A program made the position numbers and the translations under genes. 64,000 nucleotides of DNA from Candidatus Krumholzibacteriota bacterium. Its GTDB lineage: Bacteria; Krumholzibacteriota; Krumholzibacteriia; JAJRXK01. The stretch lies in contig CAWDWO010000039.1 in NCBI GenBank assembly GCA_963806035.1, forward strand, positions 63,781 to 127,780. The letters run 5' to 3'. Positions 1 to 8,620 of this stretch are shown here, in pieces (position 1 is the first letter of the stretch; each line of letters opens with the position of its first letter). The notes beneath the pieces are model-generated. The model saw nothing but the letters and a program-made list of their open reading frames with translations. It had not been told where the DNA came from and ran no database searches.

Positions 1-188
1 GGCCCGACGGCGAGTACGGACTTGCGCGTCTGCGCTCGCTGCTGCAGAGCAGGCTGGATGAGGATCGACCGGTGCTGGAGATTCTGGATGAGGTGTTCGA
101 GGACGTGAGGAGTTTCGGGCAGGGTCAAGCTTGGGCGGATGACGTCACCTTGATGCTCGTTCGCCGCAAACCCCTCGCGGACAAGTAG
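1..188 (+). CDS. 3' fragment of a PP2C/SpoIIE-family serine phosphatase (start lies upstream of window)
   Basis: Frame is open from the window edge (codons phased from nt 3) to TAG 186-188. The tail ...GQAWADDVTLMLVRRKP resembles the terminal DDxTL-hydrophobic strand of SpoIIE/RsbU-type PP2C domains. Confidence 0.5.
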   Translation, partial: PDGEYGLARLRSLLQSRLDEDRPVLEILDEVFEDVRSFGQGQAWADDVTLMLVRRKPLADK

Positions 189-206
189 CGGACGGAGGGA
201 CAATCC

Positions 207-1031
207 GTGGGATCCATCGTCGTTGCCATCCCTTTCTGGGGAATGGTTCCAGTCTACGGACTGGCATTTCTCTTGTACGCGTGGGCCTTCGCGAAAAATG
301 ACCCCGCGACCTACCGCTGGGGCCGCGTCGTGCTGGCCCTGGCCGCGTTCGCCCATCTCTTCACCCTCTTGAATTTCGGGCGAGTGCGTGGAGAGTGGCC
401 TCCCGTCTCGGGCGGCGAGAGCCTCGTGATTCTCGCCAACTCGATTTCCTTCATCTACCTGTACCTCGAATTTCGTTCGAACGCGCACGGCCTGGGTATC
501 TTCGCCACTTTCATCGCTCTCTGTTTTCAAATCGTAGGCAGTATCATCGGTCCCGCGTTGAAAGTGCCGGAGATTTTGCGTGGCGTGGGCTTCGGACCGC
601 ACGTGGCCTTCAACATCACCGCCTTCGCGTCCCTCACCATCGCCGCCGCGACTGCTTTGACCTACGTGCTGCAATACCGGCAGCTGCGCAGCCTGCGCCC
701 CGGCCCTCTGCTTTCCCGACTGCCCTCGCTCGAACAGCTCGACCACATGAGCCATCGATCGACCCTCATGGGTTGGGTGTTCTTGAGTATGGGTCTGGTT
801 CTCGGAGCCAAGCTGGCCGAACAGGTCTGGGGAAAGGCCTGGCAGTGGGATCCCAAGCAGTGCACGACCCTCTTGACCTGGATGATCTTCGGCTTCGCCC
901 TCTTTCTGAGACGTTTCCGCGCATGGCAGGGTGGAAAGATGGCCGCGGTGACCATCATCGGCTTCTTGTCCATCATCCTCGCCTTCGTACTGTTCAACGG
1001 GCTGATGCCCTCTGCCCATCACTTCACGTAG
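207..1031 (+). CDS. CcsA/ResC/HemX-family heme-handling membrane protein (cytochrome c assembly protein family)
   Basis: 274-aa polytopic protein with a GTG start preceded by a GGAGGG SD. Carries the Trp-rich WWD-type motif WGKAWQWDPKQ. Ends 9 nt before hemA. Confidence 0.7.
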   Translation: MGSIVVAIPFWGMVPVYGLAFLLYAWAFAKNDPATYRWGRVVLALAAFAHLFTLLNFGRVRGEWPPVSGGESLVILANSISFIYLYLEFRSNAHGLGIFATFIALCFQIVGSIIGPALKVPEILRGVGFGPHVAFNITAFASLTIAAATALTYVLQYRQLRSLRPGPLLSRLPSLEQLDHMSHRSTLMGWVFLSMGLVLGAKLAEQVWGKAWQWDPKQCTTLLTWMIFGFALFLRRFRAWQGGKMAAVTIIGFLSIILAFVLFNGLMPSAHHFT

Positions 1032-1039
1032 GAGGAGCC

Positions 1040-2308
1040 TTGCCGATCCTCCTCCTGGGACAGAACCATCGCACCGCTCCCGTCGAGCTGCGCGAACGGC
1101 TCGCCTTCGACGAAGAGAAGACGAGCGTGCTGGCGAAGTGTCTAAAGCAGGACCCCACGATCAGCGAGGCGGTGGTGGTCTCCACCTGCAATCGGATGGA
1201 AATCTACGCGGTGGCCGACGACGCGGAACGCGGAGTGGCCCGGCTGGAAGAACTTTTGGAACAAGTGCACGAAGTTCCCTTGGAACGAATCGCCGGCTCG
1301 CTCTATCGCGAGACCGACGACGAGGCCTTGCGACACCTCTTCCGGGTGGCCAGCGGACTCGACAGCATGGTTTTGGGCGAGGGACAGATCCTCTCTCAGG
1401 TGAAGGCGGGCTACGCGAGCTCGCGCGATCTGGGACTGACGCGAGAGATTCTGCATCGCACCTTCAACCAGGCCACGGCCTGCGGGAAGAAAGTGCGCAC
1501 CGACACCAAGATCGGTGAAGGGGCGGTCTCGGTCGCGTTTGCCGCCGTCGAACTGGCGAAGAAGATCTTTCAGGATCTCACCAAGGAAAAGGTTCTGCTG
1601 ATCGGGGCCGGAGCCACCGGAACCAAGGTAGCGCACCATCTGAAGGTCTTCGGAGTGGAAGATGTGCTGGTGACCAACCGCACGCTGGAACGCGGTCGAT
1701 CCCTGGCGGATTGCCTCGGCGCAACTCTGGTTCCGTGGGAAAACTACGGCGCTTATCTCAACGAGGTCGCCATCGTGGTGACCGCGGCCTCGGTGCAGAG
1801 GCCACTCTTCACCATGGAGACCGTGCAGCGAGCCCTGGAAGGCCGCGGGCGTCGCCCCCTGTTTCTCATCGACCTCGGCGTACCCCGCAACATCGATCCC
1901 GCCATCAGCAAGAAGGCGGGCATCTTCCTCTACAACGTCGACCACCTCGAAGGCATCGTGGCAGAATCCTCGGCCAAGCGGCGCGGCGAAGCGGAGAAAG
2001 CCGAGGAGATCATCGACGAGCAACTCTGTCAGCTCCTGGAGTGGCTGGCATCGCGCTCGATGACTCCTACCCTGAAGCAGTTGCGACAGCGCCTGGAGGA
2101 AATTCGCGCCAACGAGGTGGCTCTGGCGCGCAACCGCCTCGACGAGAAATCTCTGGCGGAATTGGAACGCGTCAGTCACCGCATCGTGAACAAGATTTTG
2201 CACACCCCGACCGTTCGTATGAAAGACGAAGCTGCCAAGGGGGAAGGGGCGTCGATCATCCAACACGTCCGCCACCTCTTCGGACTGGACGACAAGTCGC
2301 TGCGCTGA
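1040..2308 (+). CDS. hemA: glutamyl-tRNA reductase
   Basis: N-terminus LPILLLGQNHRTAPVELRERLAF, catalytic-Cys motif VVSTCNRMEIY, NADPH-binding LLIGAGATG. TTG at 1040 is the only start that leaves the conserved N-terminus intact. The long 395..2308 ORF extension overlaps the upstream gene and was discarded. Confidence 0.9.
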   Translation: MPILLLGQNHRTAPVELRERLAFDEEKTSVLAKCLKQDPTISEAVVVSTCNRMEIYAVADDAERGVARLEELLEQVHEVPLERIAGSLYRETDDEALRHLFRVASGLDSMVLGEGQILSQVKAGYASSRDLGLTREILHRTFNQATACGKKVRTDTKIGEGAVSVAFAAVELAKKIFQDLTKEKVLLIGAGATGTKVAHHLKVFGVEDVLVTNRTLERGRSLADCLGATLVPWENYGAYLNEVAIVVTAASVQRPLFTMETVQRALEGRGRRPLFLIDLGVPRNIDPAISKKAGIFLYNVDHLEGIVAESSAKRRGEAEKAEEIIDEQLCQLLEWLASRSMTPTLKQLRQRLEEIRANEVALARNRLDEKSLAELERVSHRIVNKILHTPTVRMKDEAAKGEGASIIQHVRHLFGLDDKSLR

Positions 2309-2342
2309 GTGCGGCGATACCGGGCATTCATCTTCGGGGACT

Positions 2343-3137
2343 TTGTCCATGAACGAGAGACTATCCGGATTGCGTCTGTGGATCACCCGCCCCGAACCGG
2401 CCGCATTGCGCACCGCCCGGCGCTTCGAAGAAGAAGGCGCCAGCTGCCGCCTGGAGTCGACGGTGAGCTTGCGGCCCGTGGACTTGAGCCCTGAAGAGTG
2501 CGCGCGGCTGAGCGATTTCCTTCCCGGCGCCAGGCTGCTCTTGAGCTCGGCCAACGCGGGGCGCTATCTGCTGGAAGCGCTGGCTAACAATCCCCAGCTG
2601 AAGGCGCGGGTGTTGCAGCTGCCGGTCTCGGCGGTGGGGGAGAAGACGGCTCGCGCCGCGCACTCGCTGGGTTGGCAAGTGGAACACGTCGCCTCACTCG
2701 CACTGGGTCTTCAGCTGGCGCGCGAACTCGTGGAAGAGGGCGCGAGTTCGCGCGTGCTCTTGCCAGGAAGCGATCGACGCCGTCCCGAGGCGGAGGCTCT
2801 GCTGCGCGAGGAGGGAGTCGAGGTCTATCCCCTGTGCGTCTACCGCACCTTGCCCGCTGAAACCCTCTCGCCCGCGCTGCTGGAGCTTCTGCGGGAAGGA
2901 CTTCTGGATGCCAGCCTGGTCTACTCCCCTTCGGCTGTTTCCGGGATGGTGACCGGGGCGCTGGCGGGTGGACTGAAGCCGCGGCAACTTCCACCGTGTC
3001 TTGCCCTGGGAAGCACCACCGCTTCCGAAGTGGTTGCCAAGGGTCTGCGCTTGGGCGCGGCCCCGCTCGCGCCGGGGGAGGATGCGCTGGTGGAAGCCAG
3101 CGTGAAATGGTGGACGAGCAAGCGAGCTGGCTCGTGA
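2343..3137 (+). CDS. hemD: uroporphyrinogen-III synthase
   Basis: 264 aa. Has LRLWITRPEP... at the N-terminus and an Ala/Leu-rich two-lobe HemD-like pattern. Sits directly after hemA. Start is TTG 2343 or ATG 2349. Confidence 0.7.
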   Translation: MSMNERLSGLRLWITRPEPAALRTARRFEEEGASCRLESTVSLRPVDLSPEECARLSDFLPGARLLLSSANAGRYLLEALANNPQLKARVLQLPVSAVGEKTARAAHSLGWQVEHVASLALGLQLARELVEEGASSRVLLPGSDRRRPEAEALLREEGVEVYPLCVYRTLPAETLSPALLELLREGLLDASLVYSPSAVSGMVTGALAGGLKPRQLPPCLALGSTTASEVVAKGLRLGAAPLAPGEDALVEASVKWWTSKRAGS

Positions 3138-4762
3138 CGAGCTCTCGCATCAGGGAGATTCCCGCCCTGCCGCTCTTGGCGGCGGCCCTGGCCGGCCTGG
3201 GCCTGTTCCTGATCAGGTTTTCTTTCGGCTCGACCCCTCTCGCGCTGCCTCTCGACGATGCCTACATCCACAGTGCGTTCGCATCCCATCTGGCCCACGG
3301 CCCGGTCTGGGGACTCTTCGCGGGTCAGCACAGCAGTGGCGAGAGTTCACCGCTATGGCCCTGGCTCTTGGCGCCCGCGGAGTTGGGCCGGCTGCATGGG
3401 GCTGTACCGTGGGCCCTCATCCTGGACGCTCTCGCATTTCTTCCTTTGCCCTTCTTGTGCGCGAGCCTGGCCGGCACGCGCGCGCGTTCTCTCTGGCTCG
3501 GCCTGAGCTTTGCCTTTTGTGGTCCGCTGCTCTCGCTGGCGCTGTCGGGGATGGAGTCGCTGCCCGCGCTGAGTCTGGGGCTGGCCGCCCTGTACCGATA
3601 CGGGCGTGGTGATCTGCGTGGGGCTGGGCTCTTCGCGGCGGGCGCGGTCTGTTTGCGCCCCGATGCGCTCCTGCTGCTGGGCTCATTGGGCTTGGTTTCA
3701 CTCTGGTCAAACGGGGCGGAGCGCGGATCGAGCGCGCGAAGGGGCGATCTCTTGAAGAGCCTGGCCCCGGGCGCCCTGCTCGCCGCTGGCGCCCTGCTGC
3801 TGCTCTTCGCGCTCCAGGGGTTTCACGCGCCCACCACTCTGGAGGGGCGCCGTTGGCTGATGGGACTGCCCGCGGAGCTCAGCTGGAACACCCTCGGCGC
3901 ATCGCCGCTGCGCTTGTTTCGCGAATGGCTGCACGCCTTCGGCGCGGACTTCGGCCTGGGGCGCGTGGTGTTCGCGCACCCCGGCTCTCTACTCGGCGTC
4001 TTGCACGCCCTCTGGAAGATCGTCTTCCCCTTCACGCTCTTGGCGGGGGTCTTCGCCTGGGGCCGCCGTTGGAACAAGGAGAGAAGCAGTGCGGTAATGG
4101 TCCTCGTGGTCTGGACTCTGTCCTCGCTCCTCTTCTATGCCCTCCTGCTGCCCACCCGCGGGCACCTCGGTCGCTATCAACCCCAGCTCTACCCGCTGCT
4201 GTTCTTCTTCGCAGTCGAGGGGATTGCCTTCTTGGGCCGGCTGCCCCGGCTCGGGGCCTTTAGCGCAACGGCGGCCGGCGCACTGCTGATTCTGGCTCTG
4301 CTTTCGAGCACGGTGGAGCAGAGTGGACTGTGGTGCGCCGCGGTGCGCCATCTGGAAAGGGTGCACCTGCGCGCCGCCTCCTCGCTCTCGACCATTCTGC
4401 CGCGCGATGCCCGGCTCGCCGTCTTCGACGTGGGCGCGGTCGCCTACGAGGACCCGGCCGCGATGATCGACCTGAGCGGCCTCTCCGATCCCGAAATGGC
4501 CCACGCGCTCTCCGCCGCCTCGAGAGGCGCCGTGGTGCGGCTTCTTCACCAGCGGGGGGCAAGCCATCTCCTCTTGCCGGTGCTGCGCGACGGCGCGGCC
4601 GACGGTCTGGATCGTCGCTTGGGACTGCGCTCGAGCGGCGAGCTTCGACTCGAGGAGATGCGGCGCTGGGAGAGCCCGCTGGCCGCTTGGGGCCCCGCCT
4701 TCGCCTACACCGGGAATGCGTTTCGCCAGCTCGTTCTCTACCGGATCGACTGGCTGAAGTGA
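3107..4762 (+). CDS. large polytopic membrane protein, possible GT-C-type glycosyltransferase
   Basis: About 550 aa with more than 10 hydrophobic segments. An early loop reads LPLDDAYIHSAFASHL (acidic DD motif as in lipid-linked-sugar transferases). Has a soluble C-terminal ~130 aa. ATG 3107 was chosen because upstream codons overlap hemD. Confidence 0.4.
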   Translation: MVDEQASWLVTSSRIREIPALPLLAAALAGLGLFLIRFSFGSTPLALPLDDAYIHSAFASHLAHGPVWGLFAGQHSSGESSPLWPWLLAPAELGRLHGAVPWALILDALAFLPLPFLCASLAGTRARSLWLGLSFAFCGPLLSLALSGMESLPALSLGLAALYRYGRGDLRGAGLFAAGAVCLRPDALLLLGSLGLVSLWSNGAERGSSARRGDLLKSLAPGALLAAGALLLLFALQGFHAPTTLEGRRWLMGLPAELSWNTLGASPLRLFREWLHAFGADFGLGRVVFAHPGSLLGVLHALWKIVFPFTLLAGVFAWGRRWNKERSSAVMVLVVWTLSSLLFYALLLPTRGHLGRYQPQLYPLLFFFAVEGIAFLGRLPRLGAFSATAAGALLILALLSSTVEQSGLWCAAVRHLERVHLRAASSLSTILPRDARLAVFDVGAVAYEDPAAMIDLSGLSDPEMAHALSAASRGAVVRLLHQRGASHLLLPVLRDGAADGLDRRLGLRSSGELRLEEMRRWESPLAAWGPAFAYTGNAFRQLVLYRIDWLK

Positions 4763-4781
4763 GAGCCCGGCCGCCGGCCGG

Positions 4782-4810
4782 TTGGACAGCGGCAGAGTGC
4801 TCCTTATACT
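4782..4810 (+). promoter_or_regulatory. sigma-70-type promoter TTGGAC-N17-TATACT ending 9 nt before the queE ATG
   Basis: TTGGAC at 4782-4787, 17-nt spacer, TATACT at 4805-4810. There is no SD between the -10 element and ATG 4820. Confidence 0.4.
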
Positions 4811-4819
4811 TCTTGCGCC

Positions 4820-5458
4820 ATGCAAATCAGCGAGATCTTCTACAGCATCCAGGGCGAGGGAAGCCGTCGGGGCCGTCCCTGCACTTTCGTGCGACTCAGC
4901 GCTTGTCCGTTGCGCTGCCGTTGGTGCGACACCAGCTACGCCTTCAGCGGGGGCGAGACGATGTCTGTGGCCGAGATCCTCGAGCAGGTGAAGTCCTACT
5001 CCACCCGCATGGTCTGCGTGACCGGCGGGGAGCCCCTGGCCCAGCACGAGGTGCACGGGCTCATGCAAGACCTCGCGGACACCGGCTACACCGTGCTGTT
5101 GGAGACGAGCGGGGCCTTCGATCTGGGCGGGATCGATCCGCGCGTGGTACGGATCGTCGATCTGAAGGCGCCGGGAAGCGGGGAGGAGGCCAGGAATCTC
5201 TGGTCGAACCTGGATCTGCTCCGCGAGAGCGATGAGATCAAATTCGTTCTTCTCGATCGGCGCGACTACGAGTGGGCCAGGGAGATTCTGGAGCGGCACG
5301 AACTCGCCTCGAAAGTGCATGCGCTGCTTTTCAGCCCGGTGCACGGAGAACTCGATCCCGCGCTGCTGGCGGCGTGGATTCTAGAGGACGGTCTGCCGGT
5401 TACCCTGCAATTGCAGCTGCACAAGCTTCTGTGGCCGCAAGCGACCCGGGGAGTGTAA
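4820..5458 (+). CDS. queE: 7-carboxy-7-deazaguanine synthase (radical SAM)
   Basis: MQISEIFYSIQGEG N-terminus, CX3CX2C cluster CPLRCRWCDT, length 212 aa, followed by queC. Confidence 0.9.
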   Translation: MQISEIFYSIQGEGSRRGRPCTFVRLSACPLRCRWCDTSYAFSGGETMSVAEILEQVKSYSTRMVCVTGGEPLAQHEVHGLMQDLADTGYTVLLETSGAFDLGGIDPRVVRIVDLKAPGSGEEARNLWSNLDLLRESDEIKFVLLDRRDYEWAREILERHELASKVHALLFSPVHGELDPALLAAWILEDGLPVTLQLQLHKLLWPQATRGV

Positions 5459-5460
5459 GC

Positions 5461-6150
5461 ATGTCCATCGGAGTGGTGTGTCTGAGTGGAGGCCTGGATT
5501 CGTGCGTGACGCTCGCGACCGCGTTGAAGCAGCACGACGAAATCGCGGCCCTGCACTTCAGCTACGGGCAGCGCACCGAGAAGCGCGAACGCAGGGCATT
5601 CGAGGAAATCTGTGATCACTATCGCATTGCGCGCCGCCTGCGCGCGAAGCAGCCGGCTCTCCGAGAGATCGGAGGCTCCGCTTTGACGGACAAGGAACTG
5701 CAGATTCCCAGCCAGTCCGCTTCCCTGGACGCTCCCTCTGGAAGCGGAGAGGTTCCCATCACCTACGTGCCGTTTCGAAACGGACAGATCCTCGCGCTGG
5801 CCTGCGCCTGGGCCGAGACCCTCAGTGCGGACGCCGTGTATCTGGGAGCGGTCGAGGAGGATTCCTCGGGCTATCCCGATTGCCGGGAGGAGTTCTTCGT
5901 GGCCTTTGCCAAAGCAGTGGAAACCGGTACGCGTCCGCGGACCCACATCGCCATCGCCACGCCGCTTCTACATCTGCGCAAGGGGGAGATCGTGGCGAAG
6001 GGCCTGGAGCTTCAGGCGCCCTTGCATCTGAGCTGGTCGTGCTATGAAGCCTCTGAGCGCGCCTGCGGGCGCTGTGAGAGCTGCGCCCTGCGGCTCAAGG
6101 GCTTTGAGGAAGCGGGCGCGGTCGACCCCATTCCCTACCAGAAGTCCTAG
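5461..6150 (+). CDS. queC: 7-cyano-7-deazaguanine synthase
   Basis: PP-loop SGGLDS near the N-terminus and C-terminal zinc cysteines CYEASERACGRCESCALR. ATG 5461 lies 3 nt after the queE stop. Confidence 0.9.
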   Translation: MSIGVVCLSGGLDSCVTLATALKQHDEIAALHFSYGQRTEKRERRAFEEICDHYRIARRLRAKQPALREIGGSALTDKELQIPSQSASLDAPSGSGEVPITYVPFRNGQILALACAWAETLSADAVYLGAVEEDSSGYPDCREEFFVAFAKAVETGTRPRTHIAIATPLLHLRKGEIVAKGLELQAPLHLSWSCYEASERACGRCESCALRLKGFEEAGAVDPIPYQKS

Positions 6151-6181
6151 GCCAGGCCCTCCCGTGCCTTGAAGGAGGCGG

Positions 6182-7108
6182 CTAGACCGCCCCGCTGGCC
6201 CGGCTCTCCCTCGCGGGCGGATTCACTTCGTACTCTGAAAAATCGTGGTTGGCGTAGGCATCGCAGCGCGAACAGAGATGGAGGAGTTCGCGCCGGCCGT
6301 CGTTGAGAAGCTCGCGCACCGCGTCGTACTGCGGAGACTTCCAGATCTCCATGACGGAATGAGTGGTGACGTCGCCGATCACGCCGCGCTCGACAGGATC
6401 CCAACAGCAGAGGGTGGCCTTCCCGTCGCTATAAAAGTACATGGCGTCCGTCATCTTCCAGCAGGGCTTGCGCACGCAACTCTCTTGTCCCTGCCAGGGC
6501 CACTGGTAGAGTTCGGTGATCAGAACCTCCGAGCAGCGCGGCTCCCAGTAGGCGCGGAAAGCCTCGTGTTCGTGGCGGTTTTCCGGCATGTCGATCATCC
6601 GCACTTCGGTCTTGCAACTCTCCTCGTAGCCGCCCTCGCGCCAGATTTCCAGGAAGCGGGTGGTGCGTTCCTTGACGCGCTCGTAATTCAGTCCCACGCG
6701 GCTGGGCGCGTAGACCTCCGGGCTGAAACCGTCGATCGAAAATCGCATGACGTCGACACCGATGTCCAGGATCTCCCGGTCGAGCTCATCGTTGAGTAGA
6801 CTGCCGTTGGTGTTGAACTCGATCTTGGCCGTGGGGTCCTGGCGGATGTAGCGCATGATCTCGGGCATCCGCTTGTCCACGAAGGGTTCGTTGATGAGGA
6901 AGGGGCGATACACCATTCCCATGCCGCGCGTCTCGTCCACGATCTTCTTCCACACCCAATCGTGCATCTTGGCGGGGTCGCGCTGGACTTCGTGCTGGGG
7001 ACAGAAGGGGCACTTGGCATTGCAGACGATCACCGTCTCCATCTGGACGTAGCGCGGCGCCTCTGCATAGGGCATGCGCCAACGGGTGGACGTTCGGGTC
7101 TTGGCCAT
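6182..7108 (-). CDS. radical SAM protein with C-terminal SPASM/twitch-like Cys cluster
   Basis: CNAKCPFC (CX3CX2C) near the N-terminus. C-terminal cysteines are KPCWKM...LCCWDP...LCSRCDAY. 308 aa. Last gene of the - strand LPS-core gene string. Confidence 0.75.
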   Translation of the reverse strand: MAKTRTSTRWRMPYAEAPRYVQMETVIVCNAKCPFCPQHEVQRDPAKMHDWVWKKIVDETRGMGMVYRPFLINEPFVDKRMPEIMRYIRQDPTAKIEFNTNGSLLNDELDREILDIGVDVMRFSIDGFSPEVYAPSRVGLNYERVKERTTRFLEIWREGGYEESCKTEVRMIDMPENRHEHEAFRAYWEPRCSEVLITELYQWPWQGQESCVRKPCWKMTDAMYFYSDGKATLCCWDPVERGVIGDVTTHSVMEIWKSPQYDAVRELLNDGRRELLHLCSRCDAYANHDFSEYEVNPPARESRASGAV

Positions 7109-7241
7109 GGCCTCGCTCCTGACGATCGAAAGGGGGAATCCGCGCTCGCGGTGAGAAATCCGTGCGGTCTGCTAGCCCCATTCAAGGTCACGGCAGCCCG
7201 CGGCGCAAGGACTGTGGGTCAATTTTCTGTGGAATCAGCGC

Positions 7242-8620
7242 TCACGAGGCTCGAGGTGCCGACTTGAAGACCGTTTCACGTAGGAGTGCGACGCTGGCCT
7301 CGGTTGCTCCGTTCTGGGAAAGCACGAATTCGCGGGCACTTTCTCCCGCCCGCGCGCGGGCAGCTTCGTCGTGGAGCAGATTGGCGAGCACGCTCTGCGC
7401 ATCCTGTGGTGTTTTCAGCACGAAGCCAGCGCCGTGCTCCACCAGCCGTTCGGCTTCGTAAGCGTTGTGAATGCGGGGGCCGAAGAGTACCGGTTGACCG
7501 CAGACCGCCGGCTCCAGCACGTTGTGCACTCCGGTCGAGAAACTTCCCCCGACGTAGGACAGGATGGTCGAGCGATAGATGTCGGCCAGAACCCCTACTG
7601 CATCCACCACGATGCAGCGCCAGCAGCTCGGGTCTTTGGCGGCGGCGGTGGAACGGCGCTGGTGGGTACTCAGCTCGATGAGCTGGCTCAGGCGGGTCGA
7701 GGCCAAACCCGCGCTCGACACTGCGTTCTCGAGCTCTTCCAGATGTTCGGGAGTGGGCTCGTGAGGCACGAGAATGGCTCCCAGAGCCTCGTCTCTCTTC
7801 AGCTCGTTCAGAGCGGGAGGAAGGATACAGGGAAGGTCGGTGGGCCAGACGCTTCCCAGAGCCAGATAGCGGTACTGGTTTCCCTGGAGAAGTCTCGACA
7901 GGGGCCCACCCTCCGCTTGGCGATAGCGGTGTACGACCTGATCGGTACGCGTATCGCCGGTGACCTGAATGGGAGCCGTGGTCTGGAGCTGTTCACTGAA
8001 GCGCTTCGCATCGTCCTCGCTGATGGCCCCGATCGCGTCGAAGCAATCGAAGAGTCTTCCGTAAAAATTGCGCGCCACGAAGCCCAGCCGGTAGCTCTTG
8101 CGGTGCAGAGTGGCGTCCAGGAGAAAGAGCGGCACTTTGCGGCGGCGAGCGGCCCAGATCAGGTTGGGCCAGCAGTCGAACTTCACGAAGACGAGCGCGC
8201 GCGGGCGCACGATGGCCACCATGCGCCAGGCCGCCAGCCAACTGTCCAGCGGCAGGTATTCGAGATGATCGAAGTCCTGGTGGCCGAGCGCGAAATTATA
8301 GCCCGAAGGAGAGAAGACGCTGACGAGCAGCGGGAGATTCTCGCCCCGCTGACGCGCTTCCTCGCGTAATGCGCGCAAGATGGGGCGAGCTTGTTCGTAC
8401 TCCCCACGCTGCTCGCATGAAACCACACCGCGCCCTGCACCTTCGACTTCGCCGCTTCCAGTCGCCGCCAGAGGCCGCGACGCCCGCGCTCTCCCTGGCG
8501 CGCTTTCTCGCTGGAGAAGCGCGAGAGATGGAATCCGGCCGAGATGATCGGCGCCGCCATCGCGTTGTAGAGGCAGAACCACCCGGGTGAGATTCCTTTG
8601 GGCTCAGGGTCGCGCTTCAT
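7242..8620 (-). CDS. waaA: 3-deoxy-D-manno-octulosonic-acid (Kdo) transferase, frameshifted as assembled
   Basis: The N-terminal part (MKRDPEPKG...VWFHASSVG) is in the frame of ORF 8183..8971. The rest (EYEQARPILRALREE ... GGSFSTGVHNVLEPAVCGQPVLFGP) is in the frame of ORF 7242..8582. The join falls inside the conserved H-x-x-S-V-G-E motif. ATG 8620-8618 overlaps the upstream stop (ATGA). Confidence 0.85.

Noticed and set aside
395-1039. N-terminal 215-codon extension of the hemA reading frame (ORF 395..2308).
   Set aside because: The extension overlaps the well-formed CcsA-like gene in another frame and is Arg/Pro-rich nonsense. The conserved HemA N-terminus begins at the TTG at 1040.
4763-4819. 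preQ1 riboswitch upstream of queE-queC.
   Set aside because: The gap is only 57 nt, is occupied by a promoter-like element, and lacks the conserved preQ1-I/II sequence features.
8395-8412. Programmed ribosomal frameshifting as an explanation for the four split genes.
   Set aside because: No slippery heptanucleotide or downstream stimulatory structure is present at any of the four sites. The required shifts differ in direction. Orthologous genes are not known to be recoded. Assembly indels are the simpler explanation.
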